Assembly (NCBI GenBank): GCA_024679065.1
Contig: JAGIQG010000002.1
Coordinates: forward strand, 98,146,001-98,210,000
Reading direction: 5' to 3'
Source of the DNA: Sphyrna mokarran
Taxonomy: Eukaryota
DNA length: 64,000 nucleotides
Below are positions 11,770 through 26,515 of this stretch, in pieces. Position 1 is the first letter of the stretch; each line of letters begins with the position of its first letter. The position numbers and the translations under genes are program-made. The notes below the pieces were generated by a model that was given only the letters and a program-made list of their open reading frames with translations, was not told the origin of the DNA and ran no database searches.

Positions 11770-12850
11770 ACAACTTGAATTAATACAACATCATTAAAGC
11801 GGAGAAAAACTGCCCAAGGTGCTTCCCAGAGGCATAACCAGAAATAAAACAGACACTGAGTCAAAGGAGGAGATATTAGGACAGATGGTCAGAGAGATTA
11901 AGCTTTAAAGCAGTAGCAGAAGGTGAAGGGGCTTTGAAGGAAATTCTAGATTGTAAAGTTTAGACAGCTGAAGGCACAGCCAACAACTGTCTGGCAACAG
12001 ATGCACAAGAGGCTGGAGTAAAAGAAGTGAAAGGTTCAGAGGAGTTCTCGGGCTGGAAGATGCTACTGAGTTAGGCTGGGGAAAGGGCAGAGGCAGCACA
12101 GATTTGGATGCGCTGAAGTTCACAGTTCATGGGGAGTGGGAGGCCAGTTGACCAGGAGAGCAGTGGATTAGTTAAGTCTGAATTTACAAGGATGTGGATG
12201 AGTGGGATAGATCTTTGATAGATCTTTTAATGGGCTGACGCTGGCATGATAAGCTTTTTTATACTGTATGATTCTAGCAAGTTCCAGTCTCCAGTTGAAA
12301 ATTGAACGGGAGGTTAGGATTAGGGATGCAAATAGCAGCTTTTATTGATTTACACCTTATCTCTATTGCTTCTGTGGTTAATCTTTGGAGAAGTTTAAAA
12401 TGCTGGCTTTTGTGATTAGTTCTCCTTCATTGTGATAGGCAGACTGGATTCTTCAATTACTTTATGAATTCCTTGGCCCATGCTGTGATAATGGATGGAC
12501 TGAGCAGTGTTGTAATCAGTGATCTTATGAAGGTTGAAGTAAGCAGCCTTTGTAACAGGGAAGATATTGTGTTGGAACTTCAACTTGACATTGAATAGAA
12601 TGTCCAGTTCACAAACTATCTGACTGAACCTGAGACGGACTGGAGAAAGAGTGGAATTGAAAGCAGGTTCATTGGAATTAGGGCTTAAAACAATAATGAC
12701 TTGGTCATCCCAGTGTTTAATGGAGGAAAATGCAACTCAGACAAAACTGGATGTTGGATAAAATGGGGAAAGAGAAGTGGAGGGGAAGGTTACAGTTGAG
12801 TATTGTTAAAACAGGCACTGTCTTCATGTACACTGATGATACACTGAAAT
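11770..12850 (-). mobile_element. Old L2-like LINE fragment
   Basis: L2-type tail at 11770-11900 followed by decayed body sequence. Confidence 0.5.
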
Positions 12851-13987
12851 GAAATGCCATGCCATTAGAATGTGTTTCATACCAAACCTCCAAAATGGCT
12901 ATTTCTGAGGTTAAACATCAGTTAATTTTAATATTTAGACCTTCTCAGCTGGAGTCCAACATTCCAAACTTACAGCTGCTGAGCAATAATTACATTAATT
13001 TATCTTAAAGTACTCCAAGATCCAGGTACAGATACTTTATAATGCAAATGCCATATAGTACATGCAAGCACACTTTCTATGTAAGCAATAAAATAAGAAG
13101 TTTCTCCACCATTATAAAAGGGCCAATGTTAGATGGAATTTATACTAAGTGGTCATTTAGTTTCCAGGGAATACAGCTTACACTGATGGTGAAGATATAG
13201 TAAGGATCCAATTATTTCCCTTCTTAGAACGAGCAACTGTCACATTTTTAGCACAGATTCAGCTGCCAAAATATGCTTTACTTTTGCAGAAACCAAGTCT
13301 CTGTAGTTTCCTCAGAATGGGATCTTTTCTATGCAAACAACGTTTATTAATGTAAAATGACCCAAGCTGAATTCATTCTCCATCAAATTCACTTCTCAGC
13401 CAGATATGGATTTTAATCCCTTACAGAGATTCAGCATTCACAATGATGTCAATCTGAATATTTTAAACTTTATTTCATCCAATTTTCTGCCCGCTAAAGA
13501 CAGTGACACTTGCTCTTGTTGGTCATCAAGCACCTCGCTGGAAGTGAGAATGTGGGCACAGTGAAGTAGGGTATGGGGTAAATGGCAGAGTGTGGTCAGA
13601 CTCTGTCCAAGAGCTAGGGGGGAGAATAGTGCCACTTTGTATGGCACTTTGCAGACTTCCAAAGCTGCCAGCTGTTTGGCCTACATGCAGTTTGTGATTG
13701 ATATCATTGCAGGACATGTAAGTAATGGTGTTCTCCCAACCTAATCTGAGTGGTGGTACTAGGCAAACAAATATTGTCCCTGACGTCTGAGACCACAAAC
13801 AGGGTCAGAGAATGGGAATGCAGGAGCTCCATTCCAAGTGTAGCTGTTCCCAGACAATCTAACTACAGCTTTGAAAATATCTTTTCAAGTACACTATATA
13901 AAATAATTTTAACCCTTATTTATTCATCTCACTCAATGGTTTTTATATTTATTTAAAACATTGTAAAATATTTTAAAAAATACTGAC

Positions 13988-14080
13988 ATCAAGAGCCACC
14001 GATTGCTTTGCCCAGGACTTCTTCACTTGGTTGTACATTATTGTATTGTTGATGCCAAGACCACAGAAAATGACAAAGGC
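13988..14080 (-). CDS. pde11a: PDE11A coding exon (93 bp): [31 protein letters not shown]
   Basis: ctttttcttgctctag|GCC TTT...CTT GAT|gtcagt, phase 0-0; near-identical to recalled human sequence. Confidence 0.96.
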
Positions 14081-15294
14081 CTAGAGCAAGAAAAAGAATA
14101 CAAGAGCACCGTAATAAGAAATCATAGACAGCTTTACAGTTGCAACAGGTAAAGAACTTTCAACTATTTTGGACCTTTAATATGTTTACATACTCAAAAT
14201 ATATAAACATGCCTCACAAATATACACAGGAAGATGTCTGTCATTTTATTTAGGTAGATGGATAATTTCTCACGTAAAATATTTCATCACAGATTGTGAG
14301 TGAACAAACCACTGATTGCTTGTACAGATTCTGATTAACAGCTCAAATTCCAGAAAATGTAACATGCACTATTTCATTGGTACCATAGAGAGTACAGTAA
14401 GTCCGGATCCTGTCAGATTGTGACTAATGTACTGACATTATCTGCAACTACCATCAATTGGAGAAAATATCTGGACAAATTGCTATTCCAGCACACTGCA
14501 ACACATGAAATGTGCATTAATTTTAGTCTGTTGGTTTGGGAAAACTGTTTCAGTTTGGATAAATTTGCTCTACTTTAAATAAAGCACAATTTATTCCTCT
14601 TACTTATAAAAATAATCTCAAGAACATCTTTTAAAATATTGCAAACAGTTATGACTACCTTTATCAGCTTTTAAGACTTCCGGTTCCACGATACGTCAAC
14701 AATATCCTGATTAAATTTTCATGGTAATTTTTATCAGGAAAAACAATCAATATATAACTCAGCAGAAAAGATAATACGCAACATATATATCTGGAAATTC
14801 CACAAAGATTTTCCCAAGTAATCCTTTGTAACTTTGGCTAAAGATTGTTGGAAATAGTGTTGACAAAGCTGTTTGCGTAGGTTTTTATGAAAAGTTTGGT
14901 GCAAGATCAGGAAAACCCTGTGGAACTTCATGGAGTTCAGACTGTGACATGACAAATAAGTACAAGAGCAAAATGAATGCCCATTGCATTTCTTCAGCAT
15001 GAACAAGAACATTGCATAATAATGTCCCTTTGCCAGATGAAGACTGGGATTTTTGTTTCTGACAGGATGGAAAATTTGGTAGGCAGCAAAAATGTCCATT
15101 GACAATTGATGGGAATTTTCATCCTGGCCTAAGAGCAAAAAATTGATGGTATTCAATTTTATGCCCAGACTATAGCTGATCTGAATACTGACATTTTAAT
15201 ACTGACATTAGCACCAAAAAGTAGAAGCATTTGCTATTCCCCAAAATCAACATACTTCATCTCAATAAACACAAAAGACGTACCATTTAAAAAA

Positions 15295-15425
15295 AACTAA
15301 TAGTGTCACAAGTAGGCTTACATTAACACTGCAATGAAGTTGCTGTGAAAATTGGCTAGTTGTTACACTCTGGTGCCTGTTTGGATATACAGAGAGGAGA
15401 ATTTAGAATGTCCAATGCACTTCAC
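15295..15425 (-). mobile_element. SINE 3' tail
   Basis: Reverse complement of the tail of the SINE at 32311-32577. Confidence 0.65.
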
Positions 15426-16727
15426 CTCCTGTGGGACGAAATCAGAGCACTTCTTTCCCAAAATTTTGTCTGCACAATTCCTTCATTCTGTACATGTTGA
15501 TATTCCTGATAATCAAACAATATGTTACAGGTTTGCACAAAGTGCTAAGTAAGTCATTGAATAGGGGAAATATATTACATTCTCCAGGAATTATGCTGCA
15601 CATCTCTCACCAAGTGTCAATAGTATTGAAGAGAAGTGGTTCTCTCTTTGGATGTCATGTGTTTTCAAGAACCATACTTGTATTCTTTGAGTCTAGTGCT
15701 TGCCTTATGGAAGTACAAATTTGCAAAATTATCCTTATCATCTTCTAAACCCAGCAGTTGAAAGATTACATTGTACTGCACGTTAAAATCACCAGCACTA
15801 CTCTACCTCTGGGTGTAGTATGAATACTACAGTATGAATAATAAACAGCAATGAGAGTTCACATTTAAAATCCTTACAGATGTTGATATGCATAACTCAT
15901 ACGAGTAAAGGGCCTCAGTCAGCCTTCAGGCTTTTAAGACTCTTTCATCCCAATAGAATTTTGCTGCACCAATACAAAAAACTCTAGTAGTAGAATGACA
16001 GAAAAAGGTTCTTCAGCAGATGAAATGTAACATAATCAGAAACCTATTTCAAAATAACTGGCTTACGATTTTGTTACACATGGCACAGGAAGAATCTTTT
16101 CCCATAATTGACACATTTGTTTATGTTCAACACATTTTTAAAGTGTTGATGTTATACACTGTATATTCATGCAACACTACTGTCAAAGCAGTAAAAATAA
16201 TTATGGTTCCATCCTCATTGAAGTCGTGCTGATTCTATTCCCTCTTTTGAGTTTGGTGATTTGGTTACATATTAATGATGTAAAAAATAAAATAAATGAA
16301 AATCACCAGAAACTTTTTGGGATAAAATAATATTTCAGTTAATTGTCATTCTTTAAATAGTTTCATTCATGAATGAATTAACTGATATCAGAATTTCTCT
16401 TTTAAGTCCCAGACTTCTCATAAGAAAAGTACTATACTGAATATAGTCAGCATCAGTGATTGTTGTAGTTACTTTGCTTCTCACAGGCCTCATAATGTGA
16501 ACAATCATACATTTAACCAATTAGCAAAGTGAAACAGAATAGTATTAAGGGACATTATGCAATTGATATCTAAACTTCAAAAGCCTTCTGCAACAATGAG
16601 TTCAGTGCTTAGACTTACAGTGATAATCATGCTACCTGCGACAGAATAGGATAAATATTGCATTTTTTTAAAGCAAGCATGATTATAATTTACAAATATT
16701 ATAGTCTAGGAAAGGTAATAATCTCAC

Positions 16728-16795
16728 CTCAAACAATCTTTGATCAGCATCATCAAATGTTTTTCTATCCAGCCTGTTAAGTATCTGAGCAACTC
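16728..16795 (-). CDS. pde11a: PDE11A coding exon (68 bp): (G)VAQILNRLDRKTFDDADQRLFE
   Basis: ttttgttgtag|GA GTT...TTT GAG|gtgaga, phase 1-0; contains the GAF N(K/R)xnFx3D motif region. Confidence 0.96.
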
Positions 16796-18418
16796 CTACA
16801 ACAAAATTTAATTTAAATGATCAACTATTGTTGTTCCCAGAATTTGAAGAACTTTCAATCTTTGATTTTATTTTATAACTTGCCAAACACGCTATTATCG
16901 AGCATTATACAGATTAGAGTTAGCCTACTCCCTATTATTGTAGAGCAGATGAAATAACAAATACAAGAATTTCTTCTGAGTATCACAATGCAATAATATA
17001 TTGGACATGATCAACAAATTTTATATTGATTATTGGTGACACTAATCAATAGCTAATAAAAAATAATTTCTCAAAGAAAATATAGTCAACATGATTACAA
17101 AACCTTCAGTATTTTAATATTTCTGCACAATATTTGAGGGAACTCAGGTTCCATGACTTTTTTATTAATGCTCTTTTAATGCATAATTTCTCCTGAGTTG
17201 GCATAGTTTGCTTGGAAACAAGCAGAGGCAGAAATGGGGACAATATTGTATTAAATTTACATTTTGATTCAGAGGCTCAAACATTTGAGAATCATAACCT
17301 AAAGTTTAATACTAAATTATTGTTTCACCAGTTAAATGATCTCAAATAACCAGTTTCTACCTTTGTTTTCACATTGTTTTTTAAACTTGGAAAATTGTTT
17401 TGCCCAGAATTCAAAATGAACCAGTGATGATGCCTGAACTCCAGCATAAGCTATGATGAAAATTGTGACAACAAAATTCACTGCAACGGTAAGGAAAACA
17501 CTGTTGTCCTTTAAACTATCCCAAAGGCTGGAGCAGAAGTGTGACCAATTATGCTAACAGTGTAAAAACAGCTTCTGACGTTACCCTCACTGACAATAGA
17601 AGTGTAATCTGACTACAATCTATTGAATACTCACCGACAGAAAAATACTTAATCAATGTAGATTTTACACAGAAGCTTCAAGAAATCCAGCTTGCACAAT
17701 AGAAGTGTCTAATAATAATTTGTCAAATCTATCCTGCTGTGTTACATTTGTACACATTTTATTGACTACCCATTTTGTGTCTGTGTGATTCCTTCAGTAT
17801 GTTCTCATAGATGATTCTCATAGATGATAGTTCATGTCAAGGTCCCTTTTCACTTAGGGGGTGATGTTTTGAAAAATAATTCACTTTATTAAATAACATT
17901 TCCATATTTCATAAAAAATTAGTTGCCCATGCACGGAACAATAAGATAATATTTATGATAGGAACTCTATGAAAAGCCTTCCACTTATTCATAGATGCTA
18001 ATATCAAGTTCAGCACTTGGGCCCAATCAGCTAAATCTGCACCAACTAGACCTGGCATTTTTCTGGTCTGAGCAGCGGAGTTACTGACTAGATATAGCCA
18101 TCAAGTCAGTCAGAATTCATCCCTCCACAACAGCTTCCCCATCCCCTCATCACTCTCTGAAGTTGCTTCTGGATATCATTCAGCGTCAATGTTCTTATGC
18201 AGACATTAGTAAAGAAATGAAAGAAGAAAAAAGCATTATGTTTTCCGTGTGTAACCTAACTTTGCATATTTGCATCCGCTGCAAAACTACAGTTACTTGC
18301 AGTCTATTCAGATTTGTCACAGTATCATAGGTGCACAACTTGAGGAGGAAATCAGCATAAAGGCTATTTTTTTGTCAATAAAAAACATTGTTAAATTTAT
18401 ATCTGTGTCTCCACTCAC

Positions 18419-18494
18419 CAATGATCTGATGATTACTGTTCCAGATGGGAACACACAACACTGAGCGTATGTGAAAACCAGACATCTGGTCTGC
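18419..18494 (-). CDS. pde11a: PDE11A coding exon (76 bp): ADQMSGFHIRSVLCVPIWNSNHQII(G)
   Basis: tttacttttcag|GCA GAC...ATT G|gtgagt, phase 0-1; matches human ADQISGFHIRSVLCVPIWNSNHQIIG. Confidence 0.96.
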
Positions 18495-20024
18495 CTGAAA
18501 AGTAAACAGGCAGTGAAAATATGAGGATCATTAACATTTTATTTTTTCAGAACATGAAAGACACCACACTATCTTTAAGCCAAAATTTATTCTCTAGTAA
18601 TGTTGCTTGATTATTTTGAAACTTTGATCAGATGGCAAATACGGACTTTTGCTGCGTATTTCAAAGACGTTTAACTCTTCCTTTGCCTCCTCTGAGCTAA
18701 ATGTTTGGATTGGGACTAAATAAGTAAAGCTACTCTCTGATAAGCAGTCAATCATAATGCTTGCATTGATAATGTACCTTATATTAAAGCATTCCAAAGC
18801 ATGACAAAATATTATTTAGGTGTAGTAAGCTCTATTGGTAGGCAAATGAGGAGCTCTAAACATCACCAAAACCATACAAGCAACAACGAGATTAAACTAT
18901 CATGATGGCACCCGTTAACTGAGAAATGACAGCCAGGACAATCTTGTTCAGTTTTTCAATTTCTAATGTCCACCAGAATGCTATAATGGATAGATCAGAA
19001 CTCAATTTTAACATCTTTTCCACAACGACAATGCAGACATGCCATAAAATGCTAGCCTAACTTATGAGTTTAAACCCTGGGCATGAACGAAGATATTTTA
19101 GTTCAGAGACAATATGCATTATAAATTAAGCCAAGCTAACACTGCTTGCAGAACAAGTTAAAAATTGAAATTGGAGGATTTTTAATTATTGTTTAAATTT
19201 ACATATAGACATTTATTTTACATTTGAAATACCTGCAAACTGTAGACTTGTTTAAAATGTGTTAACGCTTTATAAATAATTTCCTCATTTGTTTTTCTTG
19301 ATCTAATTGTATCCCTTTTCCCCAAATGCTTTTTCACCAACTACCTAATGGACACTATTGCATATCCCCTGTGGTTGGGAGGTCCTCAGCCACAAACTAG
19401 TCAACAGATCATTTGATGCAGTAATTACACTGTTACACGTTATACTGTAAATTAGCCAATTTCAAATCCAAATAACATGTGCATTTGAATTTTTAAACAT
19501 GCAAAATGTAGACATTCCAAAGTACACAAATAAATTAGGCAACTCACCAACAAAAGCTGGAAAATATTTGAGAACTACATGGGAGCTCATCAACGCTCAT
19601 CTCTAACTCCCATTAGACTGACTGGAAGTTGGAGAGACATTTGTTCTCCTCAAATGCAACAAACCCTAGAATTTGACTTTTCCCTATTCCCACTAAATTC
19701 TCAATGTATAAATAAAATTATGATCATGTTTGCTTTACTGCTAACAGATATCGCTGCTTGTATTAAGATAAACCTGGAAAAAGCTTTTGCTACAATTTAG
19801 AAAATACTATTGTAGGTACAGATTAAAGTCTCAACAGGGCATTGTCCTTCCTTGCGTCTACAACACCATTTTTTAAATATACTGTTTCTTTGGGATCAGC
19901 ATTGGTCCCAATTCAGTAATAGCTCAACTTCTCCAAATACCTGAACGTTTGGCTCAGTAATGTCTTAATGTTAAAATTATATTCAGTGCTCATTCTTAAT
20001 CTTACCCAAGTCACACAAAAACTA

Positions 20025-20400
20025 TAAAGTTTGCATATATGTAGTGCCTCATCACATCTCTTAAAAATGTCTCAAATTATTTTGTGTAAAATGAAAGGAT
20101 GTGAACTATATCTCTGTTAAACCTGACATTGTTTTTATATAACCATGTCCCACAACAGTTCTGAGCACATAGATAATGAATTGTGTTGGTCAAAGGAACA
20201 GCATTGGTCAGGATATCTTCTAACAGTGTTGCAAGATCTCTAATATCCATGGGTACTGATAAAAGATGCTTTGGTTTGACTTTCTATGCAACTGTGCCAC
20301 CTTTAGATGCAGATCTCCTTTAGTGTCACCCTACATTATAAAACTGAGAACTAAGCCTGCAACTAAGTTCACCTTTCTGTGATTTCATCTCAGGGTCGAT
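20025..20400 (-). mobile_element. Decayed Deu-domain SINE-like copy
   Basis: Weak colinear similarity to 53970-54365. Confidence 0.4.
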
Positions 20401-22559
20401 AACTATGCTGAAAATTAGGCACTTTGATTTTTATTGTTAAAGAAGAAATTTATGGGGACATCTCCCAAATACTGGGATGCTCGACCCACCACTATGACAT
20501 GGCAGGAAATTATGGGTATGATGTCTTTGTTTTTCTATATAGAGGGAAGACTGATAAAATTCCTTTGTACCAAGTAAATTTCCCCTTTTGTGTAGACTAC
20601 ATATTCCTTATACATGTTGTACACTGGCTCATATAATACCAACTATACCTCTTCTCATTTTGGTCAAATTTTTAATTTTTCCAGTAACTATATTTGAGAG
20701 GAATATTAATCTTTAATGTTTATGTAGAGTATCTTGGTTGAGATTCAGTATTTCTTTATGAGTGAACTCCTAGTTCTAACTGTATGGCTTTAATCACAGA
20801 TGGAGCAGCTGCTTTAATATTACATAGATTTTTCTTCATTTGCAGCAGCTAAGTCTCAGAAGGGTTGTAAAACCTGGCACCAGGATTTGGAGCAGGGATT
20901 GGGACACAACTACTGACATCTCTCTTTGTAATCACTGCTATACCTCTTGCAATTGCGGAAGTAGTGATCTGATCGATGTGGCATCTCTATAAATTATACC
21001 CTTGAACTCTGCATGCAGAATAGGCGAGGGATGCTCAGCTGTGCTCTAAATAAATATGAAAATCTGACAGAGAGTCTTCGAACCTTGGATTCTGAAAAAC
21101 CTTTGTTACTATGGTGATCTGCCTTTTTGGTCTAATTTTTTTACGGGTACAAATTGTTCTACACATAATAAAACAACATGTCAAATACATTTATTTGTGC
21201 ACGATACCTCAGTGCTGAGCATCTGGAAGAAGCTTTCAGTTCTCATTGATTCATTATAACAGGAGATTCATTCTGTAGCTATTAGTTTCTAGATTTACAG
21301 TGGCACCCTGACTGACTCAGGTTCTGCAATTTTTACAACGATGTATATATCTGAACTTACATTCAGATATATGGAGAATCTGACTTTGTGTCATCATACT
21401 GCCACTCTTTAATGTCTGGAGACTAGTGATCTGAAGCTGGTTCTAGTATCAGATTAGGTCATCTTTATGCTATCACTATCACTCTAATTAAGAAATACAA
21501 ATTTACTAATGGACTTGAAAATTGCAGCGCAAGAAGACTATGACACGTTTGCTGCAAATTTTCTCTGTGGGACACTTGATTCAGCTATCATAATTTTGGC
21601 ACAGACGAACAGCTGGACAGTCCATGTTGTCCATGTGGGGTTTCTGTTGATCTGACAGCCAACAAGAGAACGACCTCCCTCCCCTCCAGCAGCCTGGCCC
21701 CCTGCCATAAGGAAATTCCAAGCAATATTTTTTTAGGATTCAAAAAGGTCTGGAATTTGCTGAAAAAGTAACGGAATGCGAATAACTATTATTAATGTGG
21801 AAATCAATTCACAACTCACAAAAATTTACTCCCCACCCCCGGCAAATTGTGTTCCGCCATGAGCTGCTGGACAACTTGTGTCATTTCGAAGTTAGCTTTC
21901 CATAAATGTCATCATGCCCTTAACATCCCTACAAGTTTCGTGAAGTTGTTGCATTTGTACATTAATTGCCCTTTTAATACAAAACAGAATGTTTAGTGAT
22001 TGATAAGGTAAATTGCGTTCCAGAAATGCAATGGTTATGAAAAACTGCTAATCAACCCCTCTGTCTCAGAAAGTGGAGAATGAAAAGTGAGAGGTCTCAT
22101 TCCTTCAGTAGTAAGTTGTTATTGGAAATTTCAAAAACTTCTGCAAATTTGTAACACCATACGGACATTTAACAAAAGCGGACTTCATATCTGGAAATGG
22201 TCTAGATTTTTGATGATTATCTATATTCGAAAGATTTTGTTCAGAGTTTCAACAGAGTTTCACATTAAAAAAAAATGAGGTTTGCAGCAAACTTAGGAGC
22301 AGAGGAACCCTGAATAATCCTGTGAAATAATGAACATGCATCCCCTCAGCGAGCTATTAACGATACTCAGATTAAAAAGCTCTGATTATACACACATAAG
22401 ATACAGAAATACATGTCATGGAATTCATACTCAAGACCCTTGCTAAATTACAGATATGGAGGAAATTCCTCTCTATGAATCTGTCCAACTGAGAAGGAAA
22501 ATTGTAATAGTGAAGAATTCTTTCGTCTCATCATCTCAAACAAAGCGGGGGAGGGGGGA

Positions 22560-23800
22560 TGGTAATTCTCCCAAAAGTGCTGAATTGATGAGAAAACTAT
22601 TCTAAATCCCAATCGTTTTGTCAGTTCAGTTTTTCATCCAAATCTCCAGACTCTGTGCACTGCAAAGGTCCAAGTCATGAATCGATTAAAAACCCAGGAA
22701 GGCCGGGCCTATTCACACCGGAGTTTGACAGCTCTGGAATTCTGCGCATGTGCAGTAGTCCCAATCTGACAGACTCCTCATTTGCTGGCTAGCTCAGGAT
22801 TCCTGCAGTGCTGCCCCCCTAAGCACCCCCACAGCCTGATCACGGTCCCCACAGCAATTCCCAGGCCAGCCCTGACTTCCCCACTGTCCTGGAGCACCGT
22901 GATGCACAGCATTCCCCTCTCCAGCAGTGGTGATCCCCCATGCCCGATCCCCTCTTGGAGGCAGCCCCCTATCCCCACCTGGCAGACCACCAACTCTTCA
23001 GCTCTCCCCAAGTGCTGCCCTTGCTCCAACCCAGACCAATCCCATTTCAGGAGTGGTAGCAGGACACTGACTCCAACCAATCACCCTAGACCCCGCCCAC
23101 AATAGATCCCATCCATTGGCACTGCCCAATGCCTGATGAGGAGGGTCAAGGTCTCTCTGGGCATGGGCACTTTGCCCCTTGTGCAGTGCCAGGGGCACAG
23201 GCTAACACTGCTAAGGGCACCACCCCTCTGCTGCCCAACCTTCAGGGAGGGCCTCAATTGTCCCCCCCTTCATTCCAGCGGGATCTTCCTCTAGTTCCCC
23301 GAATGTGGGGAGCTAGGCTGAATCCTGCCGGACTCAATCAGGGGTACTTCTAGTTGAGATGCGGACACTCAAAGCTGAAATAGTCGCAGCTCTAAATCTA
23401 AATCCAAGTTGAGATAGGCTAAACTCCAAATCAAGATAGAGTGTCTTCCAAATCGTGATAGGGGGTACTCGTTATTGAGATATTGAATTAGCGAGCATTT
23501 CTAATCAAGATATATGGCAAATCCAATCAAGACAGACGGCACTCCAAATTGAGACAGGCAACGTTCCTAATTGACAGAGGACACTCAGAATTAACAGGGG
23601 GCACTCAGAAATGATAGGGGAAACTCCTAATCGACAGGGGGCACTTCTAACTAATAAACATATTTAAAATACATTCAAAAAAGATTTCAATTACTTATCT
23701 GCCTTTCTGCCGGTCTCCAGCATGGGTTGACTGGCAACTATTCATTGGCTCTGGGAGATATGCATGCATTCCTGGCACATGTGTAAATCCCAGTTCAAGG
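22560..23800. mobile_element. GC-rich non-autonomous element, same family as 55588-56692, with internal minisatellite
   Basis: Shared start AATTCTCCCAAAA...GAATTG.TG.GAAAACT and internal TTGGCACTGCCC...GCAGTGCCAG.GGGCACAGGCT blocks. Confidence 0.6.
23338..23650 (+). repeat. Degenerate ~20-22 bp minisatellite (ATYGAGAYAGGGGGCACTCYWA-like), roughly 14 units
   Basis: Units such as atcaagacagacggcactccaa, attaacagggggcactcaga, atcgacagggggcacttcta. Confidence 0.75.
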
Positions 23801-24829
23801 CCAGAGACATGCATCTCCCACTATGACCCAACAGAAAAGTTGCAGGTTGCGAAGCAATAATCGCGACCAAGATTTCTCTCCTCCTGCTAGTAGTAGCTCT
23901 TTCTCCTCTCTCTCTACAACATGCAGTGTTAGGGGAATGTTGATCAAATACCCAGCAAATGTTGCTTTGTTCTGCCTCACTTATTGCTACTTCCTGGGGC
24001 TTACATGTGGTAGCTGCCAGAAAGTCCTGGAAAACCTAGTATTCCACAATTGAGTGAATGGCCCTAATGGTGGCCTGCTCTCCCTTCAGCCAGTCTCAGA
24101 GACTTACCTACTAAAGACCTCATTCTCAACTGAAGGCTTTAGCACAAGCCTTTTGGAGTTCTTTAACGAAATGAATGGGTACCAAAAAAGATGTTGATCA
24201 TTTAATCACTCATTGATGACTAAGGCATAAAGAGTAAACACTTCTCCCACCACCTTAGTCATATAATCTTGCTAGAGAGGTAGAAAAGAGAAATAAATCC
24301 ATTGCTAAGATGGGAAAATCACGCTCTGTTCCCCTCAACCCCCATCCCCGCCACAAGAGACAACTAACGTCTCTTAATACCCCTTGCCACCACATTTGAA
24401 GCTGCAACAACATTTCCATTGCTACACCACAAAGATTCTCAAACTATCCTGCTGGGAATCAACCTGACTCAAGACAACTGGCATGGAGATGTTGTTATGC
24501 AGAGGGAGATGGAAATCCCACATCTCTTAATCTAAGTCTCGAAGTCAGAGTTAGGGATTTTTTTATTATTTTGTTTAGATTTGGTGTTAAGTATAATAAC
24601 TGCTGTTCTTTTTTCTTTTACACCTTAAAGCAAAACATGCATGTATCTTTTACAGTCACAGCTCTTAAACAGTTAAACACTCACTTCATTGGCAAACAAA
24701 ATCTTTTTTAAAAAAAGCATTTGTTGCGGTCAACTGAGGGAAGCCATTCTACCACTTTTAAATGTACCATAACAGGGTACAGAAACAACTCACGAGAAGG
24801 ATTTTAAGGGTAGGAACTTCAGTTCCGTG

Positions 24830-25245
24830 TATTGATTGGAGAAGCTGGAGTTATTCAGTTTGGAGAAGGAAAGATTAAGAGGAGATTTGATAGCATTACT
24901 AAGAAAAATGAGAAGCCAGGACACAGTAAATAGGGAGAAACTGTTTTCCTTGGCGGTAAGATTGAGAACCAGAGCATATTGATTTCAAGTAAATTGACAA
25001 AGGAAGAAATAGCAATAAGGAAAAGCTTTTTTACACAACGAAAGGTTAGGATCTGGAAGGCACTTTCTAAAAATGTGGTTAAGGCAGTTTCAATGATTTT
25101 CAAAAGACAACTGAACGCTTATCTGAAGGGAAGAATGTCACAGCTATGCAGCAGCAGTAAGATTGCATGAGTTGTATTTACAGAGGGCTGTATGAAAACA
25201 GTAGGCTAAATGGCCTCCTATGTGCTGTAACCGTTCTATAATTCA
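24830..25245 (+). mobile_element. CR1 3' end fragment
   Basis: FFTQRKVRIWKAL motif and ggctaaatggcctcc...gttctat tail. Confidence 0.8.
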
Positions 25246-26218
25246 ATGGGCTGGAGTATAACCAATCTCAGAGGAAAGTGCACTAAATTTGGAGCTTCAC
25301 TCACTGGACAGGCCCTGGTGAAGGTGTTGAGGGGACTGAGTTTGAGATACCATGGGGAGGATACATCCAACCTCCCCCTCCCCCTCCACTGCCTGACATT
25401 AACCCACATTGACATGGACCTCCCCCTGCTGCCAGCAAAATAGCAGTGGAGATGGGATGAAGTCTCATAAATTTATGGCTACTTAAGGACCTCAATATGC
25501 TCAAGGATGGTGGATGAGCCATCTGATGACTCCAACGTAAAATCTGGGGGCAAGTAGGTAAGTGGTGGGTAGACCTGTGCTGCATTTCATGAGCCTTGCC
25601 CATCTACAGACTCACTGGCAGAGGAGCACAAAATCAGCCCAAAATTTCTCACAGCACTCATAGCAAACTGCTAATAATCATTTATTGTGTCTATTTTTGG
25701 GTTTTGGCAAATTTTGTGGCCTTGGGCTTTAAAGAGCATTGAAAATGGTCTAGTATGCGATATGTCAGAATCAGTTTTCTGACACTCATCTGTCAGTCTT
25801 CCTGAGTGCTTATTTACATTAGTTTGCAAACATACAAAATAGAAGCAGAGGTGTTATATGAGCACATCTGGGCCTATTTTTCCAATTAAGTTACTGATTT
25901 GGAAAAAAGAATAATAGGGAAGCATATCTTGGTGAAAATGTCAAATCAAAATTATAGGCTCAAATCTATAGGCTTTAGGATTTGTCTTAGAAGTATAAAG
26001 GGGGGGACATAGAGATATGCTTTGATACAAAGATACAGATAGCTTCTGAAACAAGGCCAATAATGGCAGTTAGCAGAGAATTAGCAAAATATTTACAAAA
26101 AAAAGGGAAATAGAATTCAAGTGGACAGCTCTGATTTGCAGTTGGCAGTAAAAAATGCACAATGAACCAAGATGAATTCCTTCCATACCAATGCACGGTT
26201 CAGTATTTACTTCATATA

Positions 26219-26515
26219 ACTGTAGAAACCGTGCAGTGCAGAAGGAGGCCATTCAACCCATCGAGTCTGCACCAATAACAATCCATCTTGGTCTTATCCC
26301 CATAACCCTACATATTTACCCCACTAATCCCTCTAACTTACACATCCTGGGATACAAAGGGGCAATTTAACAGCCAGTGCAACTAGCCCATATATCTTTG
26401 GACTGTGGGAGAACGTGCAAATTCCACACAGACAGTAATTAAAGTTGGAAATCAAAACCAGGTCTCTGCAGTTGTCAGGCAGCAGTGCTAACCACTGTGC
26501 CACCATGCCACCCCC
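26219..26515 (-). mobile_element. tRNA-derived V-SINE (HE1-like) with CR1-type tail, internally deleted
   Basis: Reverse strand begins GGGGTGGCATGGTGGCACAGTGGTTAGCACTGCTGCC (A box); partial V core. Confidence 0.85.

Noticed and set aside
15814-15841. Small palindrome and duplication (also a 13-bp tandem at ~17802-17828)
   Set aside because: Ordinary slippage-type micro-duplications.
23338-23650. CRISPR-like periodicity
   Set aside because: Units are adjacent and degenerate with no unique spacers, no cas genes, and the context is eukaryotic.
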